A DNA stretch of 32,000 nt, taken from Cereibacter sphaeroides 2.4.1 (GTDB lineage: Bacteria > Pseudomonadota > Alphaproteobacteria > Rhodobacterales > Rhodobacteraceae). Location: positions 2,340,001-2,372,000 of the forward strand of contig NC_007493.2 in NCBI RefSeq assembly GCF_000012905.2, written 5' to 3'. The position numbers and the translations under genes are program-made. Below are positions 16,442 through 25,705 of this stretch, piece by piece. The notes beneath the pieces are model-generated. The model searched no databases and was not told the DNA's origin. It saw only the letters and a program-made list of their open reading frames with translations. Numbering within the stretch: position 1 is the stretch's first letter; every line of letters begins with the position of its first letter.

Positions 16442-19400
16442 ATGGCGTTGCTGGGGTTCTTGCGATCGAGGCGAGAGGACAAGACGCCTCTCCTCGAGCG
16501 CTGTTTATCCGTCGATCTGGAAGTCCATCCCAAGACCGCCGAGATTTTCGACATGGCGGCGGTGCGGTTCGGGGATGGGCCGGCCGTCGTTGCGCCGAAG
16601 GCAAACATCCGGCAGGGACTGGATCGGCTCGAACAGGCGCTCGGCAAGGCCACGCATGTCGTAGGCCACAATATCCTGCGCCACGATATCGAGCATCTGC
16701 TGGCGGCGCGGCCGCAACTCCTCGAGAAGATGGCCGCGCCGATCGACACGCTCTGGCTCAATCCGCTGGCCTTTCCGCGCAACCCCTACCACCATCTCGT
16801 GAAGCATTATCACGACGGGCGGCTGCAGGCGGGGCATGTCAACGATCCCGAGCTCGATGCGCGTCTGGTATTCGAGGTGCTGGAAAACCAGATCGCCGCG
16901 CTGAGCGAGATCGGCGGGCGCTCGCCGGAAACCCTGATCGCCTATCACTATCTGGCCACCCGGATGGACCGGGCCGAGGGGTTCGACGCGGTCTTCTCCG
17001 AGATCCGCAGGGCACGGCAGCCCGATCGCGCCGAGGCGTTCGCGGCGATCCGGGGGCTGCTTGCCGGCAAGGCCTGCGGCGCACGGGTGGAGCCGGCGCT
17101 CGAGGCGCTGTCGGACCCGCGCGCGGGCTGGCCCATGGCCTATGCGCTGGCCTGGATCTCGGTTGCGGGCGGAGACTCGGTGATGCCGCCGTGGGTGCGC
17201 GCCGCCTTTCCGCAGGCAGCGCTGATCGTGCGCGATCTCAGGGATACCAACTGCGGCGACCCGGCCTGCGGCTGGTGCGCCGAGATGAACGACCCTGTGG
17301 GGGCTCTGCGGAAGTGGTTCGGGTTCGACGGCTTCCGTCCGCAGCCCGCGGACGCGCACGGCCGGCCGCTTCAGCAGGTCATCGTGGCCGAGGCGATGGC
17401 GCACCAGAATGTCCTCGGCATCCTGCCCACGGGCACGGGCAAGTCGGTGTGTTATCAGGTTCCGGCGCTGAGCCTGTTCGACAAGACCGGGGCGCTGACG
17501 GTGGTGATCTCGCCGCTCGTGGCGCTGATGGCCGATCAGGTGCAGGGGATGGAGCGGGCGGGGATCTCGTCGGCGGTGACCGTCAACGGCATGCTCTCGA
17601 TGCCCGAACGGCAGGACGCGCTGGATCGGGTGCGTCTCGGCCAGGCGGCGATCCTGCTGATTTCGCCCGAGCAGCTGCGCAGCGTCTCGGTCCGCGCCGT
17701 TCTGGCGCAGCGCGAGGTCGGGCTCTGGGTGCTGGACGAGGCGCATTGCGTCTCGAAATGGGGCCACGATTTCCGGCCCGACTACCGCTACATCGGGCGC
17801 TTCATCCGCGAGTTCTCGGGCGATGCGACGCCCGCGCCGGTGCTCTGCCTGACGGCCACGGCGAAGCCCGAGGTGGTGCGCGACATCACCGAGCATTTCC
17901 GCGGGCGTCTGGGGGTCGAGCTCGGGCTCTTCGACGGCGGGGCCACGCGGACGAACCTGACCTTCTCCGTGCTGGCCACGACGAAGGAAAGCAAGCTCGG
18001 CGACATCATGACGACGATCTCCGGCCATCTGCCGGCGGACGAGCGATCTGGCGCCGTCATCTACTGCGCAACCCGGGCAGAGACCGAACGCATCGCCGAG
18101 TTCCTGAAGCGTCAGGGGATTGCGGCCGAGCATTTCCACGCAGGCCTGACGCCCGACGACAAGCAGACGGTGCAGGAGCGTTTCCGCGTGGGCGATCTGC
18201 GGGTGATCGCGGCCACCAACGCCTTCGGCATGGGCATCGACAAGCCCGACATCCGGCTGGTGCTGCACGCCGACATTCCGGGCTCGCTCGAGAACTACCT
18301 GCAGGAGGCGGGCCGGGCCGGGCGAGACCGACAGCCCGCCGACTGCGTGCTGCTCTATCATTCCGACGATGTGGAGCGACAGTTCACCCTGACGGCGCGC
18401 TCGCGTCTCGAACGGCACGAGATCGGCGCCATCCTCAAGGCGCTGCGCCGCATCGACGAACACACCCGCAACAGCGGCAAGGTGGTGGCGAGCGCGGGCG
18501 AGATCGTGCGCGAGGAGAAGGACCGCGCCTTCGTGCGAGACAGCGCGACGGACGACACACGGGTCAAGACGGCGGTCTCGTGGCTGGAGGAAGCGACCCT
18601 CGTCTCGCGCGAGGAAAACCGGGTGCAGGTGTTTCCGTCGTCGCTTCTCGTTCGGACGCTCGCCGAGGCAGAGGCCCGGCTGGCGGGAGCCGGGATCACC
18701 CAAACGCGTCGCAGGCAGCTTCTCGGCATCGTGCGCCACGTCATTAACACGCCGCCCGATCAGGGCATTTCGACGGACGAGCTGACAGGCATCAGCGGGC
18801 TCACGCATCGAGCGCTCGGGAAGGCCATGGCCGATCTCGAAGCCCTTGGGATCGCGCGCAACGACCTCGCCCTCACGGTCTCCGTGCATGTGGGCATCGA
18901 GAACCAGTCGCGCCAGCGGCTGACGCGGGCGGTGCGGCTGGAAGAGGCGCTGATCGCGCGGATGCGCGAGCTTGCGCCCGAGGCCGATGTGGGCCAGGGC
19001 GCGCCGCTCGATCTGGCGGCCGCGAGCCAGGTTCTGCGGGGCGAAGGACACGAGGAGGCAAGCCCGCACATCCTCGACCGCCTTCTGCGCAGCATCGAGC
19101 GGGACGGGCGCGACAGCGACGGCGGGCGCGGCAACATCCGCCTGCGCAAACTTTCCAGCAAGACGCTGGAGGTGATCCTGCAACGCTCGTGGCGGGTGGT
19201 GGGCCAGACGGCCTCGGTGCGATGGGGGGCGGCCGAGAAACTGCTCGAAGTTCTGATCGGCAAGGTGCCCACCGGCACGAGGGGCAAGGACATTCAGGTC
19301 GAGACCACGGCGGGCGAGCTGCTGGCGGCGCTGAGCGGGGATGCGATCGCGGCGGCCGGCGTGAAGGACAGGACGAAGCTCATGGAGCGCGCGCTCCTCT

Positions 19401-21589
19401 GGCTGCACGAGCAGCAGGTGATGACGCTGGGCAAGGGACTGACGGTGTTCCGCTCGGCCATGACCATCCATCTCAAACCGGGACATGCGGGCTTCACCAA
19501 GAAGGATTTCCTGCCGCTGGAAGACCATTACCGCGAGCAGACCCTTCAGACCCATGTGATGGCCGCCTATGCCGAGAAGGGGCTGGAGCGGATCGAGGAA
19601 GCCGTGCGGCTCTCCGAAGATTATTTCGCGCTGGATCAGGAGAGCTTCCTGCGCCGCTGGATGCCCGGCCGCGGGGTCGAGCTCCGCCGCCAGACCACGG
19701 GCAAGGCGTGGAAGCAGATCGTCGAGGATCTGGGCAACCCGGTGCAGCAGGAGATCGTCGCCGACGACCGCGAGGAGACGAACGTGCTGGTGCTGGCCGG
19801 CCCCGGCTCGGGCAAGACGCGGGTGCTGGTCCATCGCATCGCCTATCTGCTGCGGGTGAAACGCGAGGACCCGAGAGGTATCCTCGTTCTCAGCTACAAC
19901 CGCCATGCCGCCGCCGAAATCCGGGCCCGGCTGCGCCATCTGGTGGGCGAGGACGCCGCGCGCGTGACCGTCTCGACCTGTCACGCGCTCGCGATGCGGC
20001 TGGTGGGCGCGAGTTTCACCGGCGGCACCGCCGAGCAGCACGACTTTCAGGACGTGCTGCGCGAGGCGGTGCGCCAGATCAATGGCGAGGGGTTGAGCCG
20101 CACCGAGGCCGAGGCCCAGCGCGAGGCGCTCATTCAGGGCTATCGCTGGATCCTCGTCGACGAATATCAGGACATCGGGCGCGAGGAATACGATCTCATC
20201 GCAGCGGTGGCCGGGCGCTCGCTCGAGGATCCCGACCAGCGGCTGAGCCTCTTTGCCGTGGGGGATGACGACCAGAACATCTACGCCTTCAATGGCGCCT
20301 CGGTCTCCTACATCCGCCGTTTCGAGGAGGATTACCGCGCGAGGCCCAAGTTCCTGACCGAGAATTACCGGTCGACCCGCCATATCGTGGAGGCGGCGAA
20401 CCAGGTCATCGAACCGGCCCGGGGGCGGATGAAGGCCCGCCATCCGATCACCGTGGACAAGATGCGCAGCCTCTATCCGGGGGGCGGCGCGATGGCGCGC
20501 CACGATCCGGTCGGTCAGGGACGGGTGCAGTTTCTGGATGTCGCTGCCGATGACACGGCGCAGGCGATGGCGGCGGTCGAGGAACTGGTGCGGATCGCGC
20601 GGCTCGATCCCGATTTCTCCTGGGCGCGCTGCGCGATCATCTCGCGCGACTGGCGCAGGCTCGGCCCGGTGCGGGCCTACGCCGAAAAGCTCGGCCTGCC
20701 GGTCGAGATGGCGAATGAGAAGCTGCCCAGCCTCTGGCGCCTGCGCGAGATGCAGCGCTTCGTGGCGAGCCTGAACCGGCGGCCGGCGGCGATGCTCACC
20801 ATCCCGGACATGCTCGAGCTGCTCAACGAACAGCGGTCGAACCGCTGGATCGATCTGATCGCCGAGGGCATCGCGGATCTCGCGCGCGAGCTGGGCCGGA
20901 AGACGATGCCGGTGCCCGACACGATCGAATGGGTGGCGGAATGGGCGCAGGATATCCGCAGCGCCCAGCGGGGGCTCCTGCTGCTGACCGCCCACCGCTC
21001 GAAGGGGCTCGAGTTCGACCATGTGGTGATCCTGAACGGCGGCTGGAAGACGCTGTCGCAGGGCGAGGACGGCGAGGCGCCCCGCCGCCTGTTCTATGTC
21101 GCCATGACCCGCGCACGCCGCAGCCTCGCAGTGGTCACCCACGGGCTCCATCCCTTCGTCGAGGCGGACAGCGATTGCGAGATGCTGCGCAGGGTCGAGA
21201 TGCCCCGCAGGCTCGATCTGCCGCAGCCGGATCACTATCAGGTTCCCGACATGGGCGTGGTCGACCTGTCCTATGCGGGCCGGCTGCCGGAGACGAGCCC
21301 CACGCTGGCCGCCATCGCCGCGGCTCAGGTCGAGGATCCCGTAACGATCGAGCGGCGCGAGGGGAAATGGCTGATCCTCGACCGACGTCGCCGTGTCCTC
21401 GGGCGCATGGCCGGTGGCTGGGCACCGCCCGAGGGGACCGATCTCGTGTCGGGCAAGGTGGGCGCCATCGTGCGCTGGCGCCGGTCGGACAATGAGGAGC
21501 GCTTCCAGAGCTACCTCAAACGCGAGGAATGGGAGACGATCCTGCCCGAATTCGTGTTCCGGAAGACCGCGCCCGCGCGCACCGTCTGA
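16442..21589 (+). CDS. Giant multidomain protein: DEDD 3'-5' exonuclease + RecQ-family SF2 helicase + unassigned wHTH-containing linker + UvrD/Rep-family SF1 helicase + unassigned C-terminal tail
   Basis: A single uninterrupted 1,715-codon ORF. Exonuclease motifs: SVDLEV, GHNILRHDIEHL and HVNDPELDA. RecQ motifs: FGFDGFRPQ, PTGTGKS, VLDEAH, LTATA, ATNAFGMGIDKPDIRLVLH and QEAGRAGRD. UvrD motifs: AGPGSGKT, ILVDEYQDI, FAVGDDDQNIYAFNGA, ENYRSTRHIV, TAHRSKGLEFDHVVIL and FYVAMTRARRSL. Confidence 0.9.
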   Translation: MALLGFLRSRREDKTPLLERCLSVDLEVHPKTAEIFDMAAVRFGDGPAVVAPKANIRQGLDRLEQALGKATHVVGHNILRHDIEHLLAARPQLLEKMAAPIDTLWLNPLAFPRNPYHHLVKHYHDGRLQAGHVNDPELDARLVFEVLENQIAALSEIGGRSPETLIAYHYLATRMDRAEGFDAVFSEIRRARQPDRAEAFAAIRGLLAGKACGARVEPALEALSDPRAGWPMAYALAWISVAGGDSVMPPWVRAAFPQAALIVRDLRDTNCGDPACGWCAEMNDPVGALRKWFGFDGFRPQPADAHGRPLQQVIVAEAMAHQNVLGILPTGTGKSVCYQVPALSLFDKTGALTVVISPLVALMADQVQGMERAGISSAVTVNGMLSMPERQDALDRVRLGQAAILLISPEQLRSVSVRAVLAQREVGLWVLDEAHCVSKWGHDFRPDYRYIGRFIREFSGDATPAPVLCLTATAKPEVVRDITEHFRGRLGVELGLFDGGATRTNLTFSVLATTKESKLGDIMTTISGHLPADERSGAVIYCATRAETERIAEFLKRQGIAAEHFHAGLTPDDKQTVQERFRVGDLRVIAATNAFGMGIDKPDIRLVLHADIPGSLENYLQEAGRAGRDRQPADCVLLYHSDDVERQFTLTARSRLERHEIGAILKALRRIDEHTRNSGKVVASAGEIVREEKDRAFVRDSATDDTRVKTAVSWLEEATLVSREENRVQVFPSSLLVRTLAEAEARLAGAGITQTRRRQLLGIVRHVINTPPDQGISTDELTGISGLTHRALGKAMADLEALGIARNDLALTVSVHVGIENQSRQRLTRAVRLEEALIARMRELAPEADVGQGAPLDLAAASQVLRGEGHEEASPHILDRLLRSIERDGRDSDGGRGNIRLRKLSSKTLEVILQRSWRVVGQTASVRWGAAEKLLEVLIGKVPTGTRGKDIQVETTAGELLAALSGDAIAAAGVKDRTKLMERALLWLHEQQVMTLGKGLTVFRSAMTIHLKPGHAGFTKKDFLPLEDHYREQTLQTHVMAAYAEKGLERIEEAVRLSEDYFALDQESFLRRWMPGRGVELRRQTTGKAWKQIVEDLGNPVQQEIVADDREETNVLVLAGPGSGKTRVLVHRIAYLLRVKREDPRGILVLSYNRHAAAEIRARLRHLVGEDAARVTVSTCHALAMRLVGASFTGGTAEQHDFQDVLREAVRQINGEGLSRTEAEAQREALIQGYRWILVDEYQDIGREEYDLIAAVAGRSLEDPDQRLSLFAVGDDDQNIYAFNGASVSYIRRFEEDYRARPKFLTENYRSTRHIVEAANQVIEPARGRMKARHPITVDKMRSLYPGGGAMARHDPVGQGRVQFLDVAADDTAQAMAAVEELVRIARLDPDFSWARCAIISRDWRRLGPVRAYAEKLGLPVEMANEKLPSLWRLREMQRFVASLNRRPAAMLTIPDMLELLNEQRSNRWIDLIAEGIADLARELGRKTMPVPDTIEWVAEWAQDIRSAQRGLLLLTAHRSKGLEFDHVVILNGGWKTLSQGEDGEAPRRLFYVAMTRARRSLAVVTHGLHPFVEADSDCEMLRRVEMPRRLDLPQPDHYQVPDMGVVDLSYAGRLPETSPTLAAIAAAQVEDPVTIERREGKWLILDRRRRVLGRMAGGWAPPEGTDLVSGKVGAIVRWRRSDNEERFQSYLKREEWETILPEFVFRKTAPARTV

Positions 21590-21867
21590 CGCAACAGGTC
21601 GGGATGCCCGGTCGACCCGCTCTCTGAGGCGGCGGCCTATCTGGTCCTGTCCTGGGTGCTGTACGGTCGATGGCTGCCCCTTGACCCGCAGGCTTCACCC
21701 TGAGCGAGGTCTCGGAGGCGGTCCCTCCTGCGCCGGACCGCGAAACCGGTGGAGGCACGTCGGGAAGGTGCGCACGGCGAGGCGGCACGGCCTTCGGTCT
21801 CTTCGCAGGCAAGCGGAAGATGCCGGTTCGAACCGGTTCAGACAGTGCAGACGACGGGAGAGGAGAG

Positions 21868-21943
21868 TGGTGCCCAGAGCCGGAATCGAACCAGCGACAC
21901 GCGTATTTTCAATCCGCTGCTCTACCAACTGAGCTATCTGGGC
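21868..21943 (-). tRNA. tRNA-Phe (anticodon GAA)
   Basis: The reverse complement folds as GCCCAGA ta GCTC agttggta GAGC a GCGGA ttGAAaa TACGC gtgtc GCTGG ttcgatt CCGGC TCTGGGC a CCA. There is one G30:A40 mismatch in the anticodon stem. Confidence 0.85.
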
Positions 21944-22031
21944 ACCGTTTCCGGCAGCGCCGGGTTGGTGGAGCGGTCTTTAAAGTGAAGCGCGGAGGCT
22001 GTCCAGAGGGTCCGCGAAAAATCTTCGCCGG

Positions 22032-22214
22032 TCAGTGCCGGGGCGCTTCGGGATCGTCCGGGCGGCGGTCGTCCGGGGTCTCCTCCTCGTCGCCCAGAGC
22101 CGGGATCCGGTAGTTGCCCTTCAGCCAGTGGCCGAGATCCACGTCGGCACAGCGGCGCGAGCAGAAGGGGCGATAGCGCGCCTCGGCGGGGCGGCCACAG
22201 ATCGGGCAGGTCAC
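22032..22214 (-). CDS. yacG: DNA gyrase inhibitor YacG (zinc-finger protein)
   Basis: [31 protein letters not shown] shows the CxxC...CxxxC YacG pattern. Its GTG start overlaps the rng stop. Confidence 0.8.
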   Translation of the reverse strand: MTCPICGRPAEARYRPFCSRRCADVDLGHWLKGNYRIPALGDEEETPDDRRPDDPEAPRH

Positions 22215-23254
22215 GTCAGAAGCTCCGTCAGCGGGATCCGGTCGCGCTTGCGCACGAGTTCGTAGAGGCCGAGCGGGGTCCAGCCGGCGAGGCTGGTCTC
22301 GGCCGACTCGCCGCGGAAGGCGGCGCGCAGCACCTGCTCGAGCGCCACACGGTCGCGCTTGGGCATGGGGGCGAAGTCGATCACCACCTGCCCGCCCAGC
22401 CCGCGCAGCCGGAGCTGGCGCGGCAACTCGCGCGCGGCCGCGACATTGGCCTTCAGCGCCGCAGCGGGGGAGGTGTCGGAGCCGGTGTTCACATCGACCG
22501 CAACCAGCGCCCGCGTCGGCTCGACCGCCATATGCGCCCCGCCGCCGAGCGGAACCTGCGCGGACAGGAGCGCCTCGCAGGCCTCGGCCACGCCATGACG
22601 CTCGAAGGCGCCCTCGGTCTCGTCGATCTCGTCCGGAGACGGATCCGACCAGTCGCGCCAGGCGAGCTGATGGGCGCCGGGCGCATCGACCAGAAGTTCG
22701 GGCTCGCCCGCGACATCGGCCAGCACCGCCTCGGCGAGGGCCCGGGTCTCGACGATCTCGGCGGCGATCTCGGAGTCGGGAGCGGTCTCGCAGGCCGACC
22801 GCAGGATGAGGCCCAGATCATCGGCCGCGCCGGTCATCGCCTCGGCTGCGATCGCGGAGAGTTCCTCGCGCAGCGCCTCGTCGCGGATGCGGCGCGAGAT
22901 GTTCAGGCCCGGCGCGCCGGGCGTGAGGATGCAGAGGCGGCTCTTGAAGAGGAGCCGCGCGGTCACCGGCACGGCCTTGCCGGGCTCGGCCACGCCCGAG
23001 ACCTGCACCAGAAGACGCTGGCCCGGGGCCAGGCCCGAGACCTGCCGCAGGAAGCCCGTGCCGCCCTTGGGGAGGCGGACGAAGACGCCGCCCTGCCCCT
23101 TCACCGGCCGGTCGACGATCGCCCGGAAGATCGCCTCGGGTGCCGGACGGTCCTCGGGCGGGTCGATGAGCAGATCCTCGAGGCGGCCGTCGACGATCAG
23201 CGCCGCCGCCTCGCGGCCGCCGCGGCTGTCGAGACAGATCACCCGGCCCTTCAT
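22211..23254 (-). CDS. rng: Ribonuclease E/G-family protein (short alphaproteobacterial form)
   Basis: Reading from the ATG at 23254: [31 protein letters not shown]...[15 protein letters not shown]...VDVNTGSD...[12 protein letters not shown]. The upstream 79 codons of the track ORF overlap maf and were rejected. Confidence 0.75.
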   Translation of the reverse strand: MKGRVICLDSRGGREAAALIVDGRLEDLLIDPPEDRPAPEAIFRAIVDRPVKGQGGVFVRLPKGGTGFLRQVSGLAPGQRLLVQVSGVAEPGKAVPVTARLLFKSRLCILTPGAPGLNISRRIRDEALREELSAIAAEAMTGAADDLGLILRSACETAPDSEIAAEIVETRALAEAVLADVAGEPELLVDAPGAHQLAWRDWSDPSPDEIDETEGAFERHGVAEACEALLSAQVPLGGGAHMAVEPTRALVAVDVNTGSDTSPAAALKANVAAARELPRQLRLRGLGGQVVIDFAPMPKRDRVALEQVLRAAFRGESAETSLAGWTPLGLYELVRKRDRIPLTELLT

Positions 23255-23829
23255 GCCGCGGCCCGGTAGAGGGGGACGCCCGCCGCCGCCAGCAGCGTGG
23301 CGGTCTCGGCCAGGGGCAGGCCCACGATGCCGGTGAAGGAGCCCGAGATCCAGGGGATGAAGGCCGAGGCGAGGCCCTGGATGGCATAGCCGCCGGCCTT
23401 GCCCTCCCACTCGCCGCTGGCGAGATAGGCGTTCAGTTCCAGATCCGACAGACGCTTCATCTTCACCTGACTCACCACCTCGCGCTGCCAAAGCCGGTCT
23501 CCGCGGCGGACGGCCACCGCGGTGATGACCTCATGCCGCCGGCCGCCCAGGGCCACGAGAAAGCGCGCGGCCTCGCCCGCATCGGCAGGCTTGCCGAGAA
23601 TGCGACGGCCGAGCGCCACCGTCGTGTCGGCGCAGAGCACCACATCCTCGGGCCCCGCCGCGACCGCCGCCGCCTTTTCGGCCGCGAGACGGGCGCAATA
23701 GGGCCGAGGCAGTTCGCCCCGGCGCGGCTCCTCGTCGATGTCGGGGGGCAGGATGGCGTCGGGGGTCACCCCGAGCTGGGCCAGCAATTCGCGGCGACGC
23801 GGGCTGGCCGATCCGAGAATCAGCGTCAC
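23251..23829 (-). CDS. maf: Maf-family nucleoside-triphosphate pyrophosphatase
   Basis: [21 protein letters not shown]...[10 protein letters not shown] matches the family. It has a GTG start, and its stop overlaps the rng ATG. Confidence 0.85.
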   Translation of the reverse strand: MTLILGSASPRRRELLAQLGVTPDAILPPDIDEEPRRGELPRPYCARLAAEKAAAVAAGPEDVVLCADTTVALGRRILGKPADAGEAARFLVALGGRRHEVITAVAVRRGDRLWQREVVSQVKMKRLSDLELNAYLASGEWEGKAGGYAIQGLASAFIPWISGSFTGIVGLPLAETATLLAAAGVPLYRAAA

Positions 23830-24048
23830 TTACTTGAAGCGGTAGTTGATGCGGCCCTTCGACAGGTCGTAGGGGGTCATCTCAACCTGCACCTTGTCGC
23901 CGGCAAGGACACGGATGCGGTTCTTGCGCATCTTTCCTGCCATTACCGCGATCAGCTCATGGCCGTTATCCAGCTCGACCCTGAATGTCGCGTTTGGCAG
24001 GAGTTCCTTCACGACACCGGGAAATTCGAGCGTATCTTCCTTGGCCAT
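23830..24048 (-). CDS. infA: Translation initiation factor IF-1
   Basis: The 72-aa product is [72 protein letters not shown], near-canonical for IF-1. Confidence 0.95.
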   Translation of the reverse strand: MAKEDTLEFPGVVKELLPNATFRVELDNGHELIAVMAGKMRKNRIRVLAGDKVQVEMTPYDLSKGRINYRFK

Positions 24049-24222
24049 GGTCTCTCCAATGGGATTTGGCCCGCGTCAAGCGCAGGCTCGGAAGTCAAAT
24101 GCGCGTTTTCGCGCCAATTTTCAAGGGAAAAAACACCCCGACTCCCAGCTGGGCAGAGGCGGCACAGGCAGGCGCCACCCCGGACGACGCCATAGCAGGC
24201 CGCCAAGGGTGAGGGGAAGCCC

Positions 24223-25098
24223 TCATCCGAGACTCACGCCCCCAGCCAGCCGCTCCGCCTGCTCGGGCCAGTGGGCGTGGTTCAAGACCCCGCCCTCGCG
24301 CCGGACGAGGGCCACGGCGGCCATATCGACCTCGGCGATGGCCCAGCCCGGCACATCGAGATCGGTCTCGACGAGGATGCCCGTGGCGGGCCAGCCGTGA
24401 TCGGGCGGGCCGTAGATCGCGGCGCGGCCCACATTCTCATCGACCGCCGGGCAGAAGTCGCAGAGGCCCACAGTGGGCGCATGCACCACCACGCACTGAT
24501 TCTCGAGCGCCCGCGCCATCGCCCCCACCCGCACCCGGGTGAAGCCCGCAAGACTGTCGGTGCAGGAGGGGGCGAGCAGGATCTCGGCGCCCTGTTCGAC
24601 CATCGCCCGCGCGAGCAGGGGAAATTCGCTGTCGTAGCAGATCACGATGCCGATCCGCCCGAGCGCGGTCTCGAAGACCCGCGCCTCCGATCCCGGCACC
24701 ACGTCCCAGATTTCGCGCTCGAAGCGCGTCATGATGAGCTTGTCCTGATGGCCGATCACGCCTGCGGGCCCGTAGAGAACGGCGCGGTTCACCGGCCGCG
24801 GGCCCTCGAACACCGGCGCCGAAGGCCCGAGGATATGCACCCCATGCGCCGCGGCGAGCCGGGTCAGAAGCGCCCCCACCGCCGGACCATGCCGCGCCAC
24901 CTCGTGCAGGGCCGCCTCGAGATCGGCCGCGACGGCCCGGCCGCCGAGGCTCGCAAGTTCCATCGCACCGTATTCGGGAAAGACCAGCAGATCGGCCCCC
25001 TGCCCCGCGGCGCGGGACACCCAGTCCGTCAGCTTGGCCTCGACCTCGGCGAAGCTGTCGAACCAGTCGAGCGGATAGGCGGCGGCGGCGATCTTCAT
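24223..25098 (-). CDS. Carbon-nitrogen hydrolase (nitrilase superfamily) protein
   Basis: Reading from the ATG at 25098: MKIAAAAYPLDWF...LLVFPEYG...IGIVICYDSEFP..., which shows the E-K-C triad context. Confidence 0.8.
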   Translation of the reverse strand: MKIAAAAYPLDWFDSFAEVEAKLTDWVSRAAGQGADLLVFPEYGAMELASLGGRAVAADLEAALHEVARHGPAVGALLTRLAAAHGVHILGPSAPVFEGPRPVNRAVLYGPAGVIGHQDKLIMTRFEREIWDVVPGSEARVFETALGRIGIVICYDSEFPLLARAMVEQGAEILLAPSCTDSLAGFTRVRVGAMARALENQCVVVHAPTVGLCDFCPAVDENVGRAAIYGPPDHGWPATGILVETDLDVPGWAIAEVDMAAVALVRREGGVLNHAHWPEQAERLAGGVSLG

Positions 25099-25117
25099 GG
25101 CAGCTCTCTCGGGACGG

Positions 25118-25705
25118 TCACAGGTCGCGGATCCAGAACTGGAGCGGCTTCTGCGTCTCGCGCTCCTCGCCCACGTCGGTCCAGCCATAGTGGGCAACCA
25201 CCCCCGGAAGAGGCGCATAGCCGCGCTTGCGCCAGAAGGGCTCGTTGCTGCGGGCGGCGGCGGGGCGCAGCGGATGATCCTCGGGCCGGATCACCGAGCA
25301 GAAGGCCGAATGACGCCGCCCGAGCGCGCGGGCATGGGCCTCGCGCAGGTCGAAGAACCGGTGCCCCATGCCGTGCCCGCGATAGTCCGGCAACAGGACC
25401 GACTCGGCGCAGTAGAAGATTTCATCAAGCGGCAGGCCGGTTCGGGCAAAGGCCGCTGCGAAATCCTCGGCATGATCCTCCATCGGCGTGCCGGTCGAAG
25501 CCCCCACCAGCCGGTCGCCGTCGAAGGCGCCGACGAGGATCGCGCCGGGGCTCGTGCGGTAGGTGGACAGGTAGCTCCGCTCATAGTCCATCGAGCCCTC
25601 GTAGAGGTAGGGCCAGTCGCGGAAGACCGCGATCCGCAGGCGCGCCACCTCGTCGAGCCGGGCCTCGAGCGCCGCGCCCGTCAGGACGCGCGCCTCGAGG
25701 CTCAT
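25118..25705 (-). CDS. GNAT-family N-acetyltransferase
   Basis: 195 aa. VLLPDYRGHGMGHRFFDLREAHARALG is the acetyl-CoA motif. Its ATG overlaps the stop of the upstream gene. Confidence 0.75.
   Translation of the reverse strand: MSLEARVLTGAALEARLDEVARLRIAVFRDWPYLYEGSMDYERSYLSTYRTSPGAILVGAFDGDRLVGASTGTPMEDHAEDFAAAFARTGLPLDEIFYCAESVLLPDYRGHGMGHRFFDLREAHARALGRRHSAFCSVIRPEDHPLRPAAARSNEPFWRKRGYAPLPGVVAHYGWTDVGEERETQKPLQFWIRDL

Larger units (their letters stand above)
4684..21867. mobile_element. Putative composite genomic island / accessory segment between two inward-facing tRNA 3' ends
   Basis: An integrase stub lies right next to the tRNA-Arg 3' end, alongside a cas3 relic. GC content is patchy by eye, clearly lower at ~10.9-12.7 kb and ~14.7-15.1 kb. 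The segment holds many regulator/enzyme pairs typical of accessory DNA and ends at the tRNA-Phe 3' end. I found no flanking direct repeat. Confidence 0.4.

Noticed and set aside
16505-21235. A 1,576-aa ORF on the minus strand, antisense to the giant helicase gene
   Set aside because: Its codons are exactly in register with the sense codons. It therefore stays open simply because the sense gene avoids TTA/CTA/TCA codons (high GC3). The translation is Arg/Pro/Gly/Ala-rich with no recognisable motif, whereas the + strand frame carries about 20 canonical helicase and nuclease motifs.
21823-21836. Palindrome ccggttcgaaccgg, T-arm-like (GGTTCGAA), 30 nt from the tRNA-Phe 3' end. It could be a tRNA-fragment att scar.
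   Set aside because: Similarity to the tRNA-Phe T-arm (gccggaatcgaacc) is only partial, it lacks surrounding acceptor-stem sequence, and it is too short to separate from chance.
24126-24158. A T6 run (minus strand) after the nitrilase-family gene with a nearby cccagctggg palindrome. It could be an intrinsic terminator.
   Set aside because: The best stem is only 3-4 bp and lies ~10 nt away from the T-run, so the geometry does not fit a rho-independent terminator.
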